DNA from: Ostreococcus lucimarinus
Lineage: Eukaryota
Reading direction: 5' to 3' (one strand)
Length of the DNA stretch: 64,000 nucleotides
NCBI GenBank assembly: GCA_000092065.1
Contig: CP000584.1
In this document: piece after piece, positions 9,934 through 19,292 of the stretch
Numbering within the stretch: position 1 is the stretch's first letter
Layout of the letters: every line of letters starts with the position of its first letter
Made by a program: the position numbers and the translations under genes
The notes under the pieces: generated by a model
Told to the model about the DNA's origin: nothing
Databases searched by the model: none
What the model saw: the letters and a program-made list of their open reading frames with translations, nothing else

Positions 9934-10103
9934 CGACGCGCTGCGATCGATTTCGCGCGTTCGGGCGTTCGGTTTTTGATCTTTCTTGTGAATTCGTGAC
10001 GTGAAAGCGTCGACCTGTCGGTATAATAATGTACAATTCGTTCTCGCTGAATCGCGTCCGTCATTCGTTCTCATCGCGCGGCGTCGCGTCGGCGCGCGAC
10101 GCT

Positions 10104-11714
10104 CTACTTCGGCGCGCGATGCTCTCGCCAGAGGAAGAAACCGCAGTCACAATCGGGATTGGTGCGCGCGCCGGCCGGGCGCGGGCAGCAAAAGAACACG
10201 CGTCCACAGTGTGGGCTCTCCTTCTTCTTCACCGTGCGTACTTTGCACGTTTCGCCGTGCTTGCACTTGGGAGGCGCCATTTTGGCGAACGTGTTCATCC
10301 ACGCGCCTCGCGCTTCTTCGGAGCTCACTTTCGTCTCGCGCGATTCGAATGCGTTCGCCGTGGGTGCTATAGGTTGTTCTACTGTGTCTAGTTGGCGTTC
10401 GTTTCGGTCATCCGGCTCTTTCTTTTTGGACTTGACGACGAAGAAATCTTTCAACGTCGCTTCGGGCTTGCGCTTGGGCGCGTCTGAGACGCCCGCGCGG
10501 GATTGGGCGCGGGCGCTTGGGCGCGTCGGCTTCGCTCGCGACTGAGACGCCGCGTTAAGAAATTCCGGCGTCGCGTTGCTCGTCGACGATGCGCGTGCGA
10601 ATATTGAATCTACCGTGGTTTGTCGACCTGGGTAAAGCATCGAAATCGCCAAAGACGGAGGCGTTTGTTGCGAATCTCTCCGCCTCCACATCGATTCCTC
10701 GAGCTCAAGATAGACTGGCGCGTGATCGCTCCCTTCAAATTTTTGTGCCACACCGACGCCTCGGACGCGCTTCAACGTCACCGCTCGATCGCACAAGAAA
10801 TAATCGATTCGTGATCCATAATTGGACAACTGCGCTCCACTCGCAACGTTCCAACACGTGAACGCATCGCCGAGCGTCGGAAAAAATTCGCGAAACACGT
10901 CCACCATCGCGTCCCCGGCAAGTTGTGCCGCGAGCCAATCGCGCGATGGATTTCGAGGTTCCACCGCGTTCGGGTCTTCATCCGCGCGATCGAGTTTCCA
11001 CGACGGTGCGATGTTCCAATCACCGCATAAAATCACATTTCGACCGCGTTCGCGCAGACTCTTGTATCTCGCCTCGAGCGCGCTCAAAAAATCGCGCTTG
11101 AACGCCGCGCGCTCGGCTGTTTTCTCATCGACCGCTGGATCGCCGAAAACGGCCGGCACGTACACCGTGCACAGAACGAACTCACCGAAATCGACCCACA
11201 ACGCCCTGCCCTCGCCGTCGATCTCTTTCGCGCGCGTCGCGTCGTCCGCGAACGGCGCGATTTCTCCCGCCCACATGGTCGACTCGCCCGCGTCGCCTTT
11301 CGCGCACACTCCCCGCTCGATCGACGTCGGGCAAATCTCGTTCGAGCGCCAGTACACCGCCACGCCGCTGTATCCCACGCGGTGATTGGAGGATTCGCAC
11401 ACCGCGTGGGCGCCGTCCCAACCTTCGACGCGTTCCAGCCGCTCGACGTCGCCGCTCGAGCTCAGCTTTGTTTCCTGCAAACAAATCACCTTCAAATCGC
11501 TTCCGAGCGCGTCGAACAGCGCCTTCATGGACCCGTAGCCGTGTATCCGACGCACGCCGTGCGCGTCCGCGCGTCCGTTCGTTTTTTGCGCCGCGCGCGC
11601 GTCCGTGAGCGCGCGCAACCCGCGCAGACCGACGTTCCACGAGACAATCGTCGAGCGTCGCGACGCCGCGTTCGAGCGTCGAGGGTACGCGCGCGCGTCG
11701 TCGGGCGTCGACAT
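10104..11714 (-). CDS. APEX2: AP endonuclease 2 (exonuclease III family) with C-terminal GRF-type zinc finger
   Basis: Endonuclease/exonuclease/phosphatase motifs are present (IVSWNVGLRG, CLQETK, CGDWNIAP, GSRIDYF, SDHAPV). The C-terminal zf-GRF is CKHGETCKVRTVKKKESPHCGRVFFCCPRP...CDCGFFLW. Confidence 0.9.
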   Translation of the reverse strand: MSTPDDARAYPRRSNAASRRSTIVSWNVGLRGLRALTDARAAQKTNGRADAHGVRRIHGYGSMKALFDALGSDLKVICLQETKLSSSGDVERLERVEGWDGAHAVCESSNHRVGYSGVAVYWRSNEICPTSIERGVCAKGDAGESTMWAGEIAPFADDATRAKEIDGEGRALWVDFGEFVLCTVYVPAVFGDPAVDEKTAERAAFKRDFLSALEARYKSLRERGRNVILCGDWNIAPSWKLDRADEDPNAVEPRNPSRDWLAAQLAGDAMVDVFREFFPTLGDAFTCWNVASGAQLSNYGSRIDYFLCDRAVTLKRVRGVGVAQKFEGSDHAPVYLELEESMWRRRDSQQTPPSLAISMLYPGRQTTVDSIFARASSTSNATPEFLNAASQSRAKPTRPSARAQSRAGVSDAPKRKPEATLKDFFVVKSKKKEPDDRNERQLDTVEQPIAPTANAFESRETKVSSEEARGAWMNTFAKMAPPKCKHGETCKVRTVKKKESPHCGRVFFCCPRPAGARTNPDCDCGFFLWREHRAPK

Positions 11715-11844
11715 CGCGCGCTTAAACGCGTCGCGCGCGCCGCGGTGACGCGAGGTGTCGCATGCCGACGAGCGTTCGAATGCCGATGACGAGTGCCTCG
11801 TTTCCTCTACTCACAACGCGCGTTCGAGTCGCGGGACTACGGCG

Positions 11845-14418
11845 CTAGAGGACGAGCTTGACCCACGGCATGTCGCACGCGTCGTTCTCGCAGTTCTCCA
11901 CCAGCGCGAACGTGATGTCAGCCATGGGCACGGAGAGGGAAATTTGTTGTAAATTTCTGGCCGTCGAGGCGTCCGTCATGATGAGGTGCGTGGAACGTAA
12001 GCGAGAGGCGATGCGAACGCCGCTCCCAATCGGGGGCTCGGCGACGTTTACGCGCGGATCTTTGCACATCACCTTGAGCATTTGCATCACCGTGCCCATG
12101 TCCACGGTGGTCGTGCCGGTGCGTTGAAGCGCCTTAACCAACGCTATCAAGAACATGCGCTCGTAAAAGCTCGCAGCGTGAATGAGTTTCATGTGCGGAC
12201 CGTCGAACATTTCGCTTTGCGCTTGGCGGACGTCGTCCATGGTTACTTTTTCGATGCGAGCCTTGGCGCGCGCTGCGGCGCCCTCTTCTGGTTGCGCGTT
12301 TTGCAAAGTGAGAGTAGTCACCTTTTCGACGTTAATTCTGGCTTCGGCGACTTCCGCCGCTCGCCGCGCGAGTTCGAGCGCTCGCCGCGCGTCGCCGTTC
12401 ACCGAAGCAACTTTTCTGCAAATCAAGTCGAGGGTCGACGGCGCGTAGGCGTCGCTGCATCCCTCGACACTTTCCAGACGCGAGGTGACGATCTTCTTGA
12501 GCTGTTCCCAGGAATACGGAGCGAAAGCCGCGCGATTGCTTCCGAGTCGAGACGCGATGCGCGGGAGCATGCGTTCGGGTACGTCGAGCGTGTTGGCGAT
12601 GCCGATGACGACGAGTCGACTCTTCTTGTGAGTCGGCCAATCGAAAATATTGTACAGCACGTCTTGCCTGTGCGTAACGAGCAAATCAAGCTCGTCGACG
12701 ATGAGAACTGTGACTCGTCCATCGCTTCCTTTGCCTTCCTTGAATCTCTTCTCCAAGACCATGCTCGCTTTGTCCGGGCTAAACTTTTGCCCCATCAACT
12801 CTTCGGCGATGGTGCTGTACGCGTGCTTGGGCGTTTGCAAACGGAGCGCGTTGAGCTCAACGTGGTTGAACTTTGGAATCACGCCGTTGCGCGCTTGCGA
12901 ACGAAGGACCCGTATGATTTCGCGAACTGTCGCCGTCTTGCCCGTACCGGGGACGCCGGAAATGTACAGACATTTTCCCGTGCTGTGCGAACCCGCCATG
13001 ATGGCTTCGTGCACGAAGTCGTAGACTTGCTTGCGTTCGTTTTCGCGACACGGCAGCGTCGCCGGCGTCGATGCCAGAGATAACACAGCGCGCACGCCGC
13101 CTAAAACAGTCGACGGGTGCTTCCTACCACGACTGAGAGCGCTGCCACCGAAACCAGCAATCTCCAAACGCGCCGCCGCGTCTTCCACACGCCGTCGAGC
13201 GGCGAGACGACCCGCGAGACGACTGTTGGCGCCCGACTTTTTGTCCTTCTTTTTCTTCGAGTCCCAGTCGTCGTCCTCTGCGTCGCGCCAGTCTAATTCA
13301 TTCTCAAAGCGATCGTCGTCGCTGAATTCGTCCTCTTCGCCCCATTCGCCGCGACGCTTGAAGCGCTGAAACGCGGTGTCGTACGTGTATTCGCACACGT
13401 ACGTGTCGTGCGATCCTTCCTCTTGATCTCGGAATTCTTGAGGCGTGCACACCTTGGCGACGCGAAATAAGCAATCGACGGGATTAACGTCGACGTTATG
13501 CGTCAAAAACACCTCGCGCCGATGCTGAATGGGTTGGCGTCCCATGTGCGTCTCCTCGGGCAGCGCGTACCATCGCGCCGCGAATTGGTACTCTCCGTTC
13601 TCTTCCCAAATGTGCTCTATACGCGCTAAATGGAACCTACCCGCCATGAACTCCGTGCACGCGGTGCGCGTCAACGTTTCGATTCGCGGCACCGCGCTCG
13701 CGGCCTCCCCGCCCCGCGCACACAACGGACAGTGCCAATCGCTCTCCGGCACGCGCGTCAGCGGCGGCTTGAGACAGCACATGTGCCACCCGCTCAGACA
13801 CGTATCGCACTCGAGCATGATTCGATCCGCGTTCGGCGCTTCACCGCACACCATGCAAGGACAATCTTCGTCGTCATCGAAATCGACCGTTTTCTCGTTC
13901 ACCACGTACACGCTATCGCCCACGGCAAACTTTTCGCCTTCCAAATTCACGCACTTCCAATACTTGCGCTTCGGCGCCGCCGCCGCCGCGTTCAATTTTT
14001 TTCCCCTCCCCACCTTTTTCCCGTCCGACCCCCCCCCGACGTCGCTCGCGACGTCCCGCGCGTCGCGCGTCCTCGTCCTCTCCCCCTCGCTCGCTTTCGC
14101 CTTCGTCTTTTTCCCTCCTCTCCCCGACGCGTCCCTCGCCGCGTCGTCGTCTCGCGTCCGCGCCGCCTCCGTCTCCATCTCCTTCCTCCCTCGCGCCATC
14201 TGCGCCAAAAACGCCGCGTTCGCCCGCTTCTTCTTCTTCTTCTTCTTCGCCTTCCCATCGTTCGCGTCCTCGTCGTCCCGTCCCGTCGTCGTCGTCGTCG
14301 TCGTCGTCTTTCGCTTCGTCGGTCGCGTCCCATCCTCGGTGGCGTACACCCGCGTCGCCATCGCGCGCGCGCGCGACGTCGACGCGAGTCGCGATCGCAG
14401 TCGCGTCTGCCGCTCCAT
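11845..14418 (-). CDS. ORC1: origin recognition complex subunit 1 (plant-type: BAH domain interrupted by PHD finger, AAA+ ATPase, winged helix)
   Basis: The BAH domain begins at KYWKCVNLEGEKFAVGDSVYVV. A PHD finger (CPCMVCGEAPNADRIMLECDTCLSGWHMCCLKPP...WHCPLCA) is inserted within it. The AAA+ region has Walker A GVPGTGKTAT, Walker B LIVDELDLL and sensor motifs. A Lys/Thr-rich low-complexity N-terminus is present. Confidence 0.9.
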   Translation of the reverse strand: MERQTRLRSRLASTSRARAMATRVYATEDGTRPTKRKTTTTTTTTGRDDEDANDGKAKKKKKKKRANAAFLAQMARGRKEMETEAARTRDDDAARDASGRGGKKTKAKASEGERTRTRDARDVASDVGGGSDGKKVGRGKKLNAAAAAPKRKYWKCVNLEGEKFAVGDSVYVVNEKTVDFDDDEDCPCMVCGEAPNADRIMLECDTCLSGWHMCCLKPPLTRVPESDWHCPLCARGGEAASAVPRIETLTRTACTEFMAGRFHLARIEHIWEENGEYQFAARWYALPEETHMGRQPIQHRREVFLTHNVDVNPVDCLFRVAKVCTPQEFRDQEEGSHDTYVCEYTYDTAFQRFKRRGEWGEEDEFSDDDRFENELDWRDAEDDDWDSKKKKDKKSGANSRLAGRLAARRRVEDAAARLEIAGFGGSALSRGRKHPSTVLGGVRAVLSLASTPATLPCRENERKQVYDFVHEAIMAGSHSTGKCLYISGVPGTGKTATVREIIRVLRSQARNGVIPKFNHVELNALRLQTPKHAYSTIAEELMGQKFSPDKASMVLEKRFKEGKGSDGRVTVLIVDELDLLVTHRQDVLYNIFDWPTHKKSRLVVIGIANTLDVPERMLPRIASRLGSNRAAFAPYSWEQLKKIVTSRLESVEGCSDAYAPSTLDLICRKVASVNGDARRALELARRAAEVAEARINVEKVTTLTLQNAQPEEGAAARAKARIEKVTMDDVRQAQSEMFDGPHMKLIHAASFYERMFLIALVKALQRTGTTTVDMGTVMQMLKVMCKDPRVNVAEPPIGSGVRIASRLRSTHLIMTDASTARNLQQISLSVPMADITFALVENCENDACDMPWVKLVL

Positions 14419-14564
14419 CTCGTCCGTCGTCCCTCGTCGCCGGCGTCGCGGTGTGAGCGCGCGTCGCGGTGTGCGCGCACCGCGATTCGAATCGATCGCG
14501 CGACAGCTCGAGTTTGAATTCGCGTTCGCGTCGTCGCGAGTGCGACGCGCGCGAGGGACGACGG

Positions 14565-16250
14565 ATGCGCGTCTCGACGTCGACGCGCGTCTCGATCGCG
14601 GTCGCGTCGACGCCGCGTCGCGCGCGTCGGCGACGACGCGCGAACGCGACGCGACGACGCGCGTTCGACGACGACGACGACGACGACGACGGACTCGATG
14701 GACTCGTGCGACGGGCGTGCGCGCGAATCGGACGCGGCGACGAGGAAGCGAAAGAGATGACGGCGCGATTGCGGGCGAATTGGTTCGAGACGGCGGAGGA
14801 CGTGCGAGGGATGGGGCCGGAGGACGCGCGCGCGGCGGGAATGCCGGCGAGGCTGTACGCGAGCGTGCGGGCGACGCTGGACGAGGACGAAGAAGACGAC
14901 GTAGAGGCGAGAAATGGGGAAACGAAGCGCGAGGAGAGCGAAAGTGGGTGGATCGGGGGGGCGCTGCCGGGCGCGGGAACGCGCGCGCCGACGGTGACGC
15001 GAGAGGGAGGGACGGCGCTCGCCGACGTGCGCGTGACGCAACGGCGACGATTGAAACCGTTTTCTCTGCGCGGCGAAGAGGTGAGCGCGGAGTTGGAGGA
15101 AGAGTTGAATACGCTGGTGAGAGATTTGACGTCGAGACGCGTCGGTGGTGGGCGCGCGCCCGTGCGAGAGCGCACGGCGATGAATCACGTCGCCGTGGCG
15201 AAGCAATTCATGGGATGGTTGTGCCGAGAGTCAGAGCACGCGAGCGAGTTTGCGACTCTGAGCGTCGATGGACGCGTGGTGTTGCGTCCGGGCGTGTCGT
15301 TGCGCGACGCGTTTCCGAAGCGCGAATCCGTAGGCGCGAAGTACGCGATAGAATACGTTCAGTGGCTCAGCGACGAGCGTCGCATCAAATCGACGACGGA
15401 GGATTTTCAGCTGCGAAGTCTCGTCGCCTTGGCGAAGTGGGTGCACGCGTTCGTCGAAGACGACGGTATAGCGCCGCCGTGCGTGCAAGAGCTCGTTCGA
15501 GTGCAGCGATCGGCGCGCGATCGCGCGAAAAACGCCCCACACGCCGCGGACGACGACCGAAAATGGCTCGAATGGGATCAGTACTTGGCGCTCGTCGAGC
15601 ATCTCAAACTCGAGTGCGCGCCGCTGGATTGCAACGGCAAAGAGCGCTCTGAGCGCGAAATCGCGATGAGCGTGCAGCGCTATTTATTGTTCGCCATCTT
15701 GGCGTGCATTCCCGATCGCCAGCGAACGTTGCGCGAGCTGCAGTTGAACAAGACGCTCTTTCGCGACGCCTCCACCGGCGCGTGGATGGTGCGTCACGGC
15801 AGCGACGATTACAAAACGGGCGGCGCCTACGGCGAGCGACCCGCGCTCGTGATCGATTCTCGCGTCTATCCAGCGCTCGAGAGTTGGCTCTCCACCCACC
15901 GAGCCGCGTTATCGCCGTCCCACGACTTTGTTTTCACCCGCCCCAACGGCACGCCCTGGACGGTGAGCGAATTGTCGCGAACGTTTTCCCGCGCCGCCCT
16001 TCGCGTCACCGGCCAAAAGACCAATCCCCACTTGATTCGCGACATGATCGTCACCCACGTCCGCTCTCGCGGCATCGCCAGCGACGCCGAGCTCGAGGCC
16101 TTGGCTCGTTTCATGGGTCACTCCAGCGCCATGCAAAAGTCCACCTACGACCGCCGCACGACGCAAGAAAAAGTCAACCCGGCGTTGTCGTTGATGGCCA
16201 ACGTCAACGCCGCCGCGCCGCCGTCGCGACCGGCGTCCGCGCCGTCCTAG
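14565..16250 (+). CDS. tyrosine recombinase (phage-integrase/Crypton-like) domain protein, stand-alone
   Basis: The catalytic domain has box I Arg in DRQRTLRELQL, the beta2-3 Lys in YKTGGAYGERPALVID, box II H-x-x-R in NPHLIRDMIVTHV, and LGHS-type ARFMGHSSAMQKSTYDRR with the catalytic Tyr codon at 16146-16148. An upstream SAM-like core-binding segment (RERTAMNHVAVAKQFMGWL) is present. The ORF opens at GTG 14469; the first ATG is at 14565. There is no RT, RNase H or transposase DDE domain nearby, and composition matches the host. Confidence 0.75.
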   Translation: MRVSTSTRVSIAVASTPRRARRRRRANATRRRAFDDDDDDDDGLDGLVRRACARIGRGDEEAKEMTARLRANWFETAEDVRGMGPEDARAAGMPARLYASVRATLDEDEEDDVEARNGETKREESESGWIGGALPGAGTRAPTVTREGGTALADVRVTQRRRLKPFSLRGEEVSAELEEELNTLVRDLTSRRVGGGRAPVRERTAMNHVAVAKQFMGWLCRESEHASEFATLSVDGRVVLRPGVSLRDAFPKRESVGAKYAIEYVQWLSDERRIKSTTEDFQLRSLVALAKWVHAFVEDDGIAPPCVQELVRVQRSARDRAKNAPHAADDDRKWLEWDQYLALVEHLKLECAPLDCNGKERSEREIAMSVQRYLLFAILACIPDRQRTLRELQLNKTLFRDASTGAWMVRHGSDDYKTGGAYGERPALVIDSRVYPALESWLSTHRAALSPSHDFVFTRPNGTPWTVSELSRTFSRAALRVTGQKTNPHLIRDMIVTHVRSRGIASDAELEALARFMGHSSAMQKSTYDRRTTQEKVNPALSLMANVNAAAPPSRPASAPS

Positions 16251-16648
16251 CGATCGCGGAGTCGATCGATTTTCGGTCTCGACCGCGGCGTCCGGATCGG
16301 ATCCCGTCGGCGCGCGCCCGCGATGAAACCAAACCAAACCAAACGCCACCGAACCAAACACAGACACGACGCGACCACGCGCCGCCGCGCGGTGACCTCG
16401 CCGCAGTCGGGGACGCGAGTCGCGACTCGCCGATTCATCACCGCGCGTCGCCGCGGCGCGACGACGCGCGAGAGCGGAGAAAGGGCGCTCGAATCGTCGA
16501 TCGCGAATCGCGTCGAACGCGCGACGCGACCGACGCGCGCGACGCGCGCGACGCCGCGCGACGCGACGGCGCGGGACGCGCGATCGACGCCCGGACGCGA
16601 ATCGACGGGAGGCGCGAGCGACGCGAGGAAACGTCGGCGACGCGCGCG

Positions 16649-17779
16649 ATGGCGCCGAACGACGGCGAACGAACGGCGTTCGCGCTGAAGATCGCGCGAG
16701 GGCGCGTCGTGGAGGTGACGAAGACGAACGGGGAGACGATCGAGGGGGTGTTCGCGGAGACGACGAAGAACGGCGGCGAGGCGACGATCAAGTACGGATG
16801 GACGAAACGCGAGGCGGGGGCGAAAGAGCGGGCGCAGAGGAGCAAACCGATGGAAACGATGGCGATCGCGATGGATGAGATCGCGAGCATCACGGCGAGA
16901 GACGTGGGGATGAGCGATTTGGCGGTGGGGCCGAGTCGAATGAACGACGACTTCACCGACGGCGGCATCTCGAGAGGGGCGACGGGACAGGATCGCGAAC
17001 TCGTCGCGTGGGCGCCGGAAGAGGGCGATGGAGCGAGTGGGATGACGCTCGAGGAAGAGGCTGGGATCGGGGCGAAGAAGGCGGCGGCGGCGGCGTGGGG
17101 GAAGAAATCCGGCGGACAGTGGGACCAATTCTCCGCCAATAAGCAACTCTTCGGCGTCGACACCAAGTTTGACGAATCCTTGTACACGACGACGATCGAT
17201 AAGGCCAAGGGAGGGATCTCCGAAGCCGAGGCCGCGCGCATCGCGTACGAGATTCAGAATCAAATCTCGGACAACCCGCACGTCGCGGAGGAACGTGGCC
17301 AAAAGGCGCTCGCGGATTACGACGAAGAGGAACGATACTCCTCGGTGTTGCCCACGCCGAAAGGCGCGGCGCCGCCGACGCCGGCGTGGGGCTCGGGCAA
17401 GGTGCCGAGCACCGTCGCGCAGCACGCGGAAAAGAAGCCCGCGGGTGAGAAGGCGAAGGACGTCGCCCAGCCCGCGGACGCGTCCAAGTCCAAGCTCAAC
17501 GCCGACGCCAAGTCTTTCTCTCTCAGCGCCAAGGCGGCCGAGTTCGTGCCGACGTTCAAAAAGCCAGCCGCGCCGCAAGTGCCGCCCACGGGACCGCAAA
17601 TGATGATGTACCCGGGTATCCCGCAAATGCAAGGCCAAATGATGTACATGCCGCAAATGGGCATGGGCGTTCCGCCGCAAATGCGAGGCATGATGCCGGG
17701 TATGCCGTACATGCCGCAACAAGGCATGGGCGTCCCGCACGGTGCGCCTCCCACACGACCACCCGAGGGTGAGAACTGA
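16649..17779 (+). CDS. ataxin-2-like protein (Lsm + LsmAD + PAM2 PABP-binding motif)
   Basis: The Lsm fold is RVVEVTKTNGETIEGVFAET and the LsmAD is GGQWDQFSANKQLFGVDTKFDESLYTTTID. The PAM2 motif is SKLNADAKSFSLSAKAAEFVPTF. A Met/Gln/Pro-rich C-terminus is present. The start is an internal ATG of ORF 15704..17779, whose upstream part is out of frame with and overlaps the recombinase gene. Confidence 0.85.
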   Translation: MAPNDGERTAFALKIARGRVVEVTKTNGETIEGVFAETTKNGGEATIKYGWTKREAGAKERAQRSKPMETMAIAMDEIASITARDVGMSDLAVGPSRMNDDFTDGGISRGATGQDRELVAWAPEEGDGASGMTLEEEAGIGAKKAAAAAWGKKSGGQWDQFSANKQLFGVDTKFDESLYTTTIDKAKGGISEAEAARIAYEIQNQISDNPHVAEERGQKALADYDEEERYSSVLPTPKGAAPPTPAWGSGKVPSTVAQHAEKKPAGEKAKDVAQPADASKSKLNADAKSFSLSAKAAEFVPTFKKPAAPQVPPTGPQMMMYPGIPQMQGQMMYMPQMGMGVPPQMRGMMPGMPYMPQQGMGVPHGAPPTRPPEGEN

Positions 17780-18051
17780 GCTCGCGTTCGCGTACACAAC
17801 GAGCGAGTGCGTTCCATAGGCGTCGCGCGCGCGCCATCCGAAACCGTCAAACCGTCGACGCGCTCGCTCGACGTTTGATTTTGTCCGTCTCCGACGACGC
17901 AATAACACATTACCGACAAAACATATTATCCAGGCGACTCCGACGGCGCGTCGCGTCTTCGCCTTTCGCGACCGTCGACGCGAGCGCGAAACGACGTCCC
18001 GACGGGACGACTGGCGACCCCGCGCGGCGGTTACCGCACATCGCGCCGACG

Positions 18052-19173
18052 ATGCGCGTCGCGCGCGCCTTCGTCGTCGCTTTCGCGCGCGCGCGCCCGC
18101 GAGTGACGCGCGCCGCGCGTCCGAGCGCGCCCGCGACGAAACCGCGCGTCTGCGCCCCCCTCTGCGCGTCCGCCGACGACCGCGCGCTGCACAGCCTCGA
18201 CGGCTGCGACGACGCCAGCGACGCGCCGTACGTCGTCGTCAAGCGCGTCGACGCCCACGACGTCGGCGCGCTCGGTGATGTGTTACTTTCTCTCGGTGCC
18301 TCGTCCGTGTCGACGATCGACGCCGACGCGGGGACGGAGGACGAGCACGAAATCTTCAGCGCCAACACGTTCGAGGAGCAGGCGAGCGACAAGACGAAGG
18401 CGCGCGTTTGGGCGAAGTGCCACGTGACGGCGTACTTTGAAGATCACGCGCGAGCGCGCGCGGGAATCGAGGCGGCGGAAGAAATTTTGGGGATTTCGTT
18501 GGAAGCGTCGTACGCGGAGTCGAAATCAAACGATTGGGTGCAGGCGGTGAAGGATAGCTTTACGCCGACGAAAATCGCGGACGGGCTGTACATCGTGCCG
18601 GATTGGTGTAAAGACGTCGATGCGAACGCTGTGAACATCGCGCTGGAGCCGGGCATCGCGTTCGGTACCGGTGAACATCCGACGACGCGGTTGTGCCTGC
18701 GCTGGCTGAAACAGACTTTGGCGAGGCGAGGGAAGACCGAGCTCGTGGTCGATTTCGGATGCGGCTCGGGCGTACTCGCGATCGGAGCGCTCGTCATGGG
18801 GGCCGACCGCGCGGTGGGCGTGGATTTGGCGAAACAAGCCGTGCAGAGTTCTATCGACAACGCCAAGTTGAATGGTGTGGAGGATCGCTTGACGACGTAT
18901 CTTGGCGACGGACGCGATCCCGGAACTCCGGGCGCGAACGGGCAGGCGGACGTCGTCGTCGCGAATATTTTAATCGGCCCCGTGCTCGAGTTGGAGCCAC
19001 TCTTCGCGGGGTACTGTAAAGTCGGTGGCGAAATCGCGTTGAGTGGGATTTTATACGGTGAGCAGAGCGCATCTGTCGTGGCAAAGTACGCGCGTCATTT
19101 CGACAATATTTGCGTCGTCGAGGAAGGTGGGTGGGCGTGCGTGCACGGCGTACGAAACGGAACGCCAGTCTGA
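18052..19173 (+). CDS. prmA: ribosomal protein L11 methyltransferase (PrmA family), probable organellar
   Basis: The hallmark GTGEHPTTRLCLRWL is followed by SAM motif VVDFGCGSGVLAIGA and then VVANIL. A basic R/A-rich presequence follows the first ATG at 18052. The ORF-track start at 17875 is a TTG in an AT-rich leader. Confidence 0.85.
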   Translation: MRVARAFVVAFARARPRVTRAARPSAPATKPRVCAPLCASADDRALHSLDGCDDASDAPYVVVKRVDAHDVGALGDVLLSLGASSVSTIDADAGTEDEHEIFSANTFEEQASDKTKARVWAKCHVTAYFEDHARARAGIEAAEEILGISLEASYAESKSNDWVQAVKDSFTPTKIADGLYIVPDWCKDVDANAVNIALEPGIAFGTGEHPTTRLCLRWLKQTLARRGKTELVVDFGCGSGVLAIGALVMGADRAVGVDLAKQAVQSSIDNAKLNGVEDRLTTYLGDGRDPGTPGANGQADVVVANILIGPVLELEPLFAGYCKVGGEIALSGILYGEQSASVVAKYARHFDNICVVEEGGWACVHGVRNGTPV

Positions 19174-19292
19174 TTGATGGTTCTTCGTCGTCATTGTTAT
19201 TGTGTCGTAGTTTTCTAATACAAAAATTCGCGTGCGCGCGCATATTAACAAAAATTACGAATCCAGTCGTCGTCTACATTGCTCGCTTAACA

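Noticed and set aside
14488-14502. tRNA T-loop-like GATTCGAATCG and other GTTCGAA-like strings (e.g. 10340, 46070)
   Set aside because: There is no accompanying acceptor stem, D-loop or anticodon stem context. They fall inside coding or GC-rich repeats, and no cloverleaf could be folded by eye.
13529-15652. 707-aa plus-strand ORF and 13913..15175/13992..15206 minus-strand ORFs spanning the ORC1 5' end and recombinase N-terminus
   Set aside because: They lie out of frame or antisense relative to well-supported ORC1 (PHD/BAH) and tyrosine recombinase motifs. They have a poly-Phe, poly-Val and poly-Arg low-complexity character.
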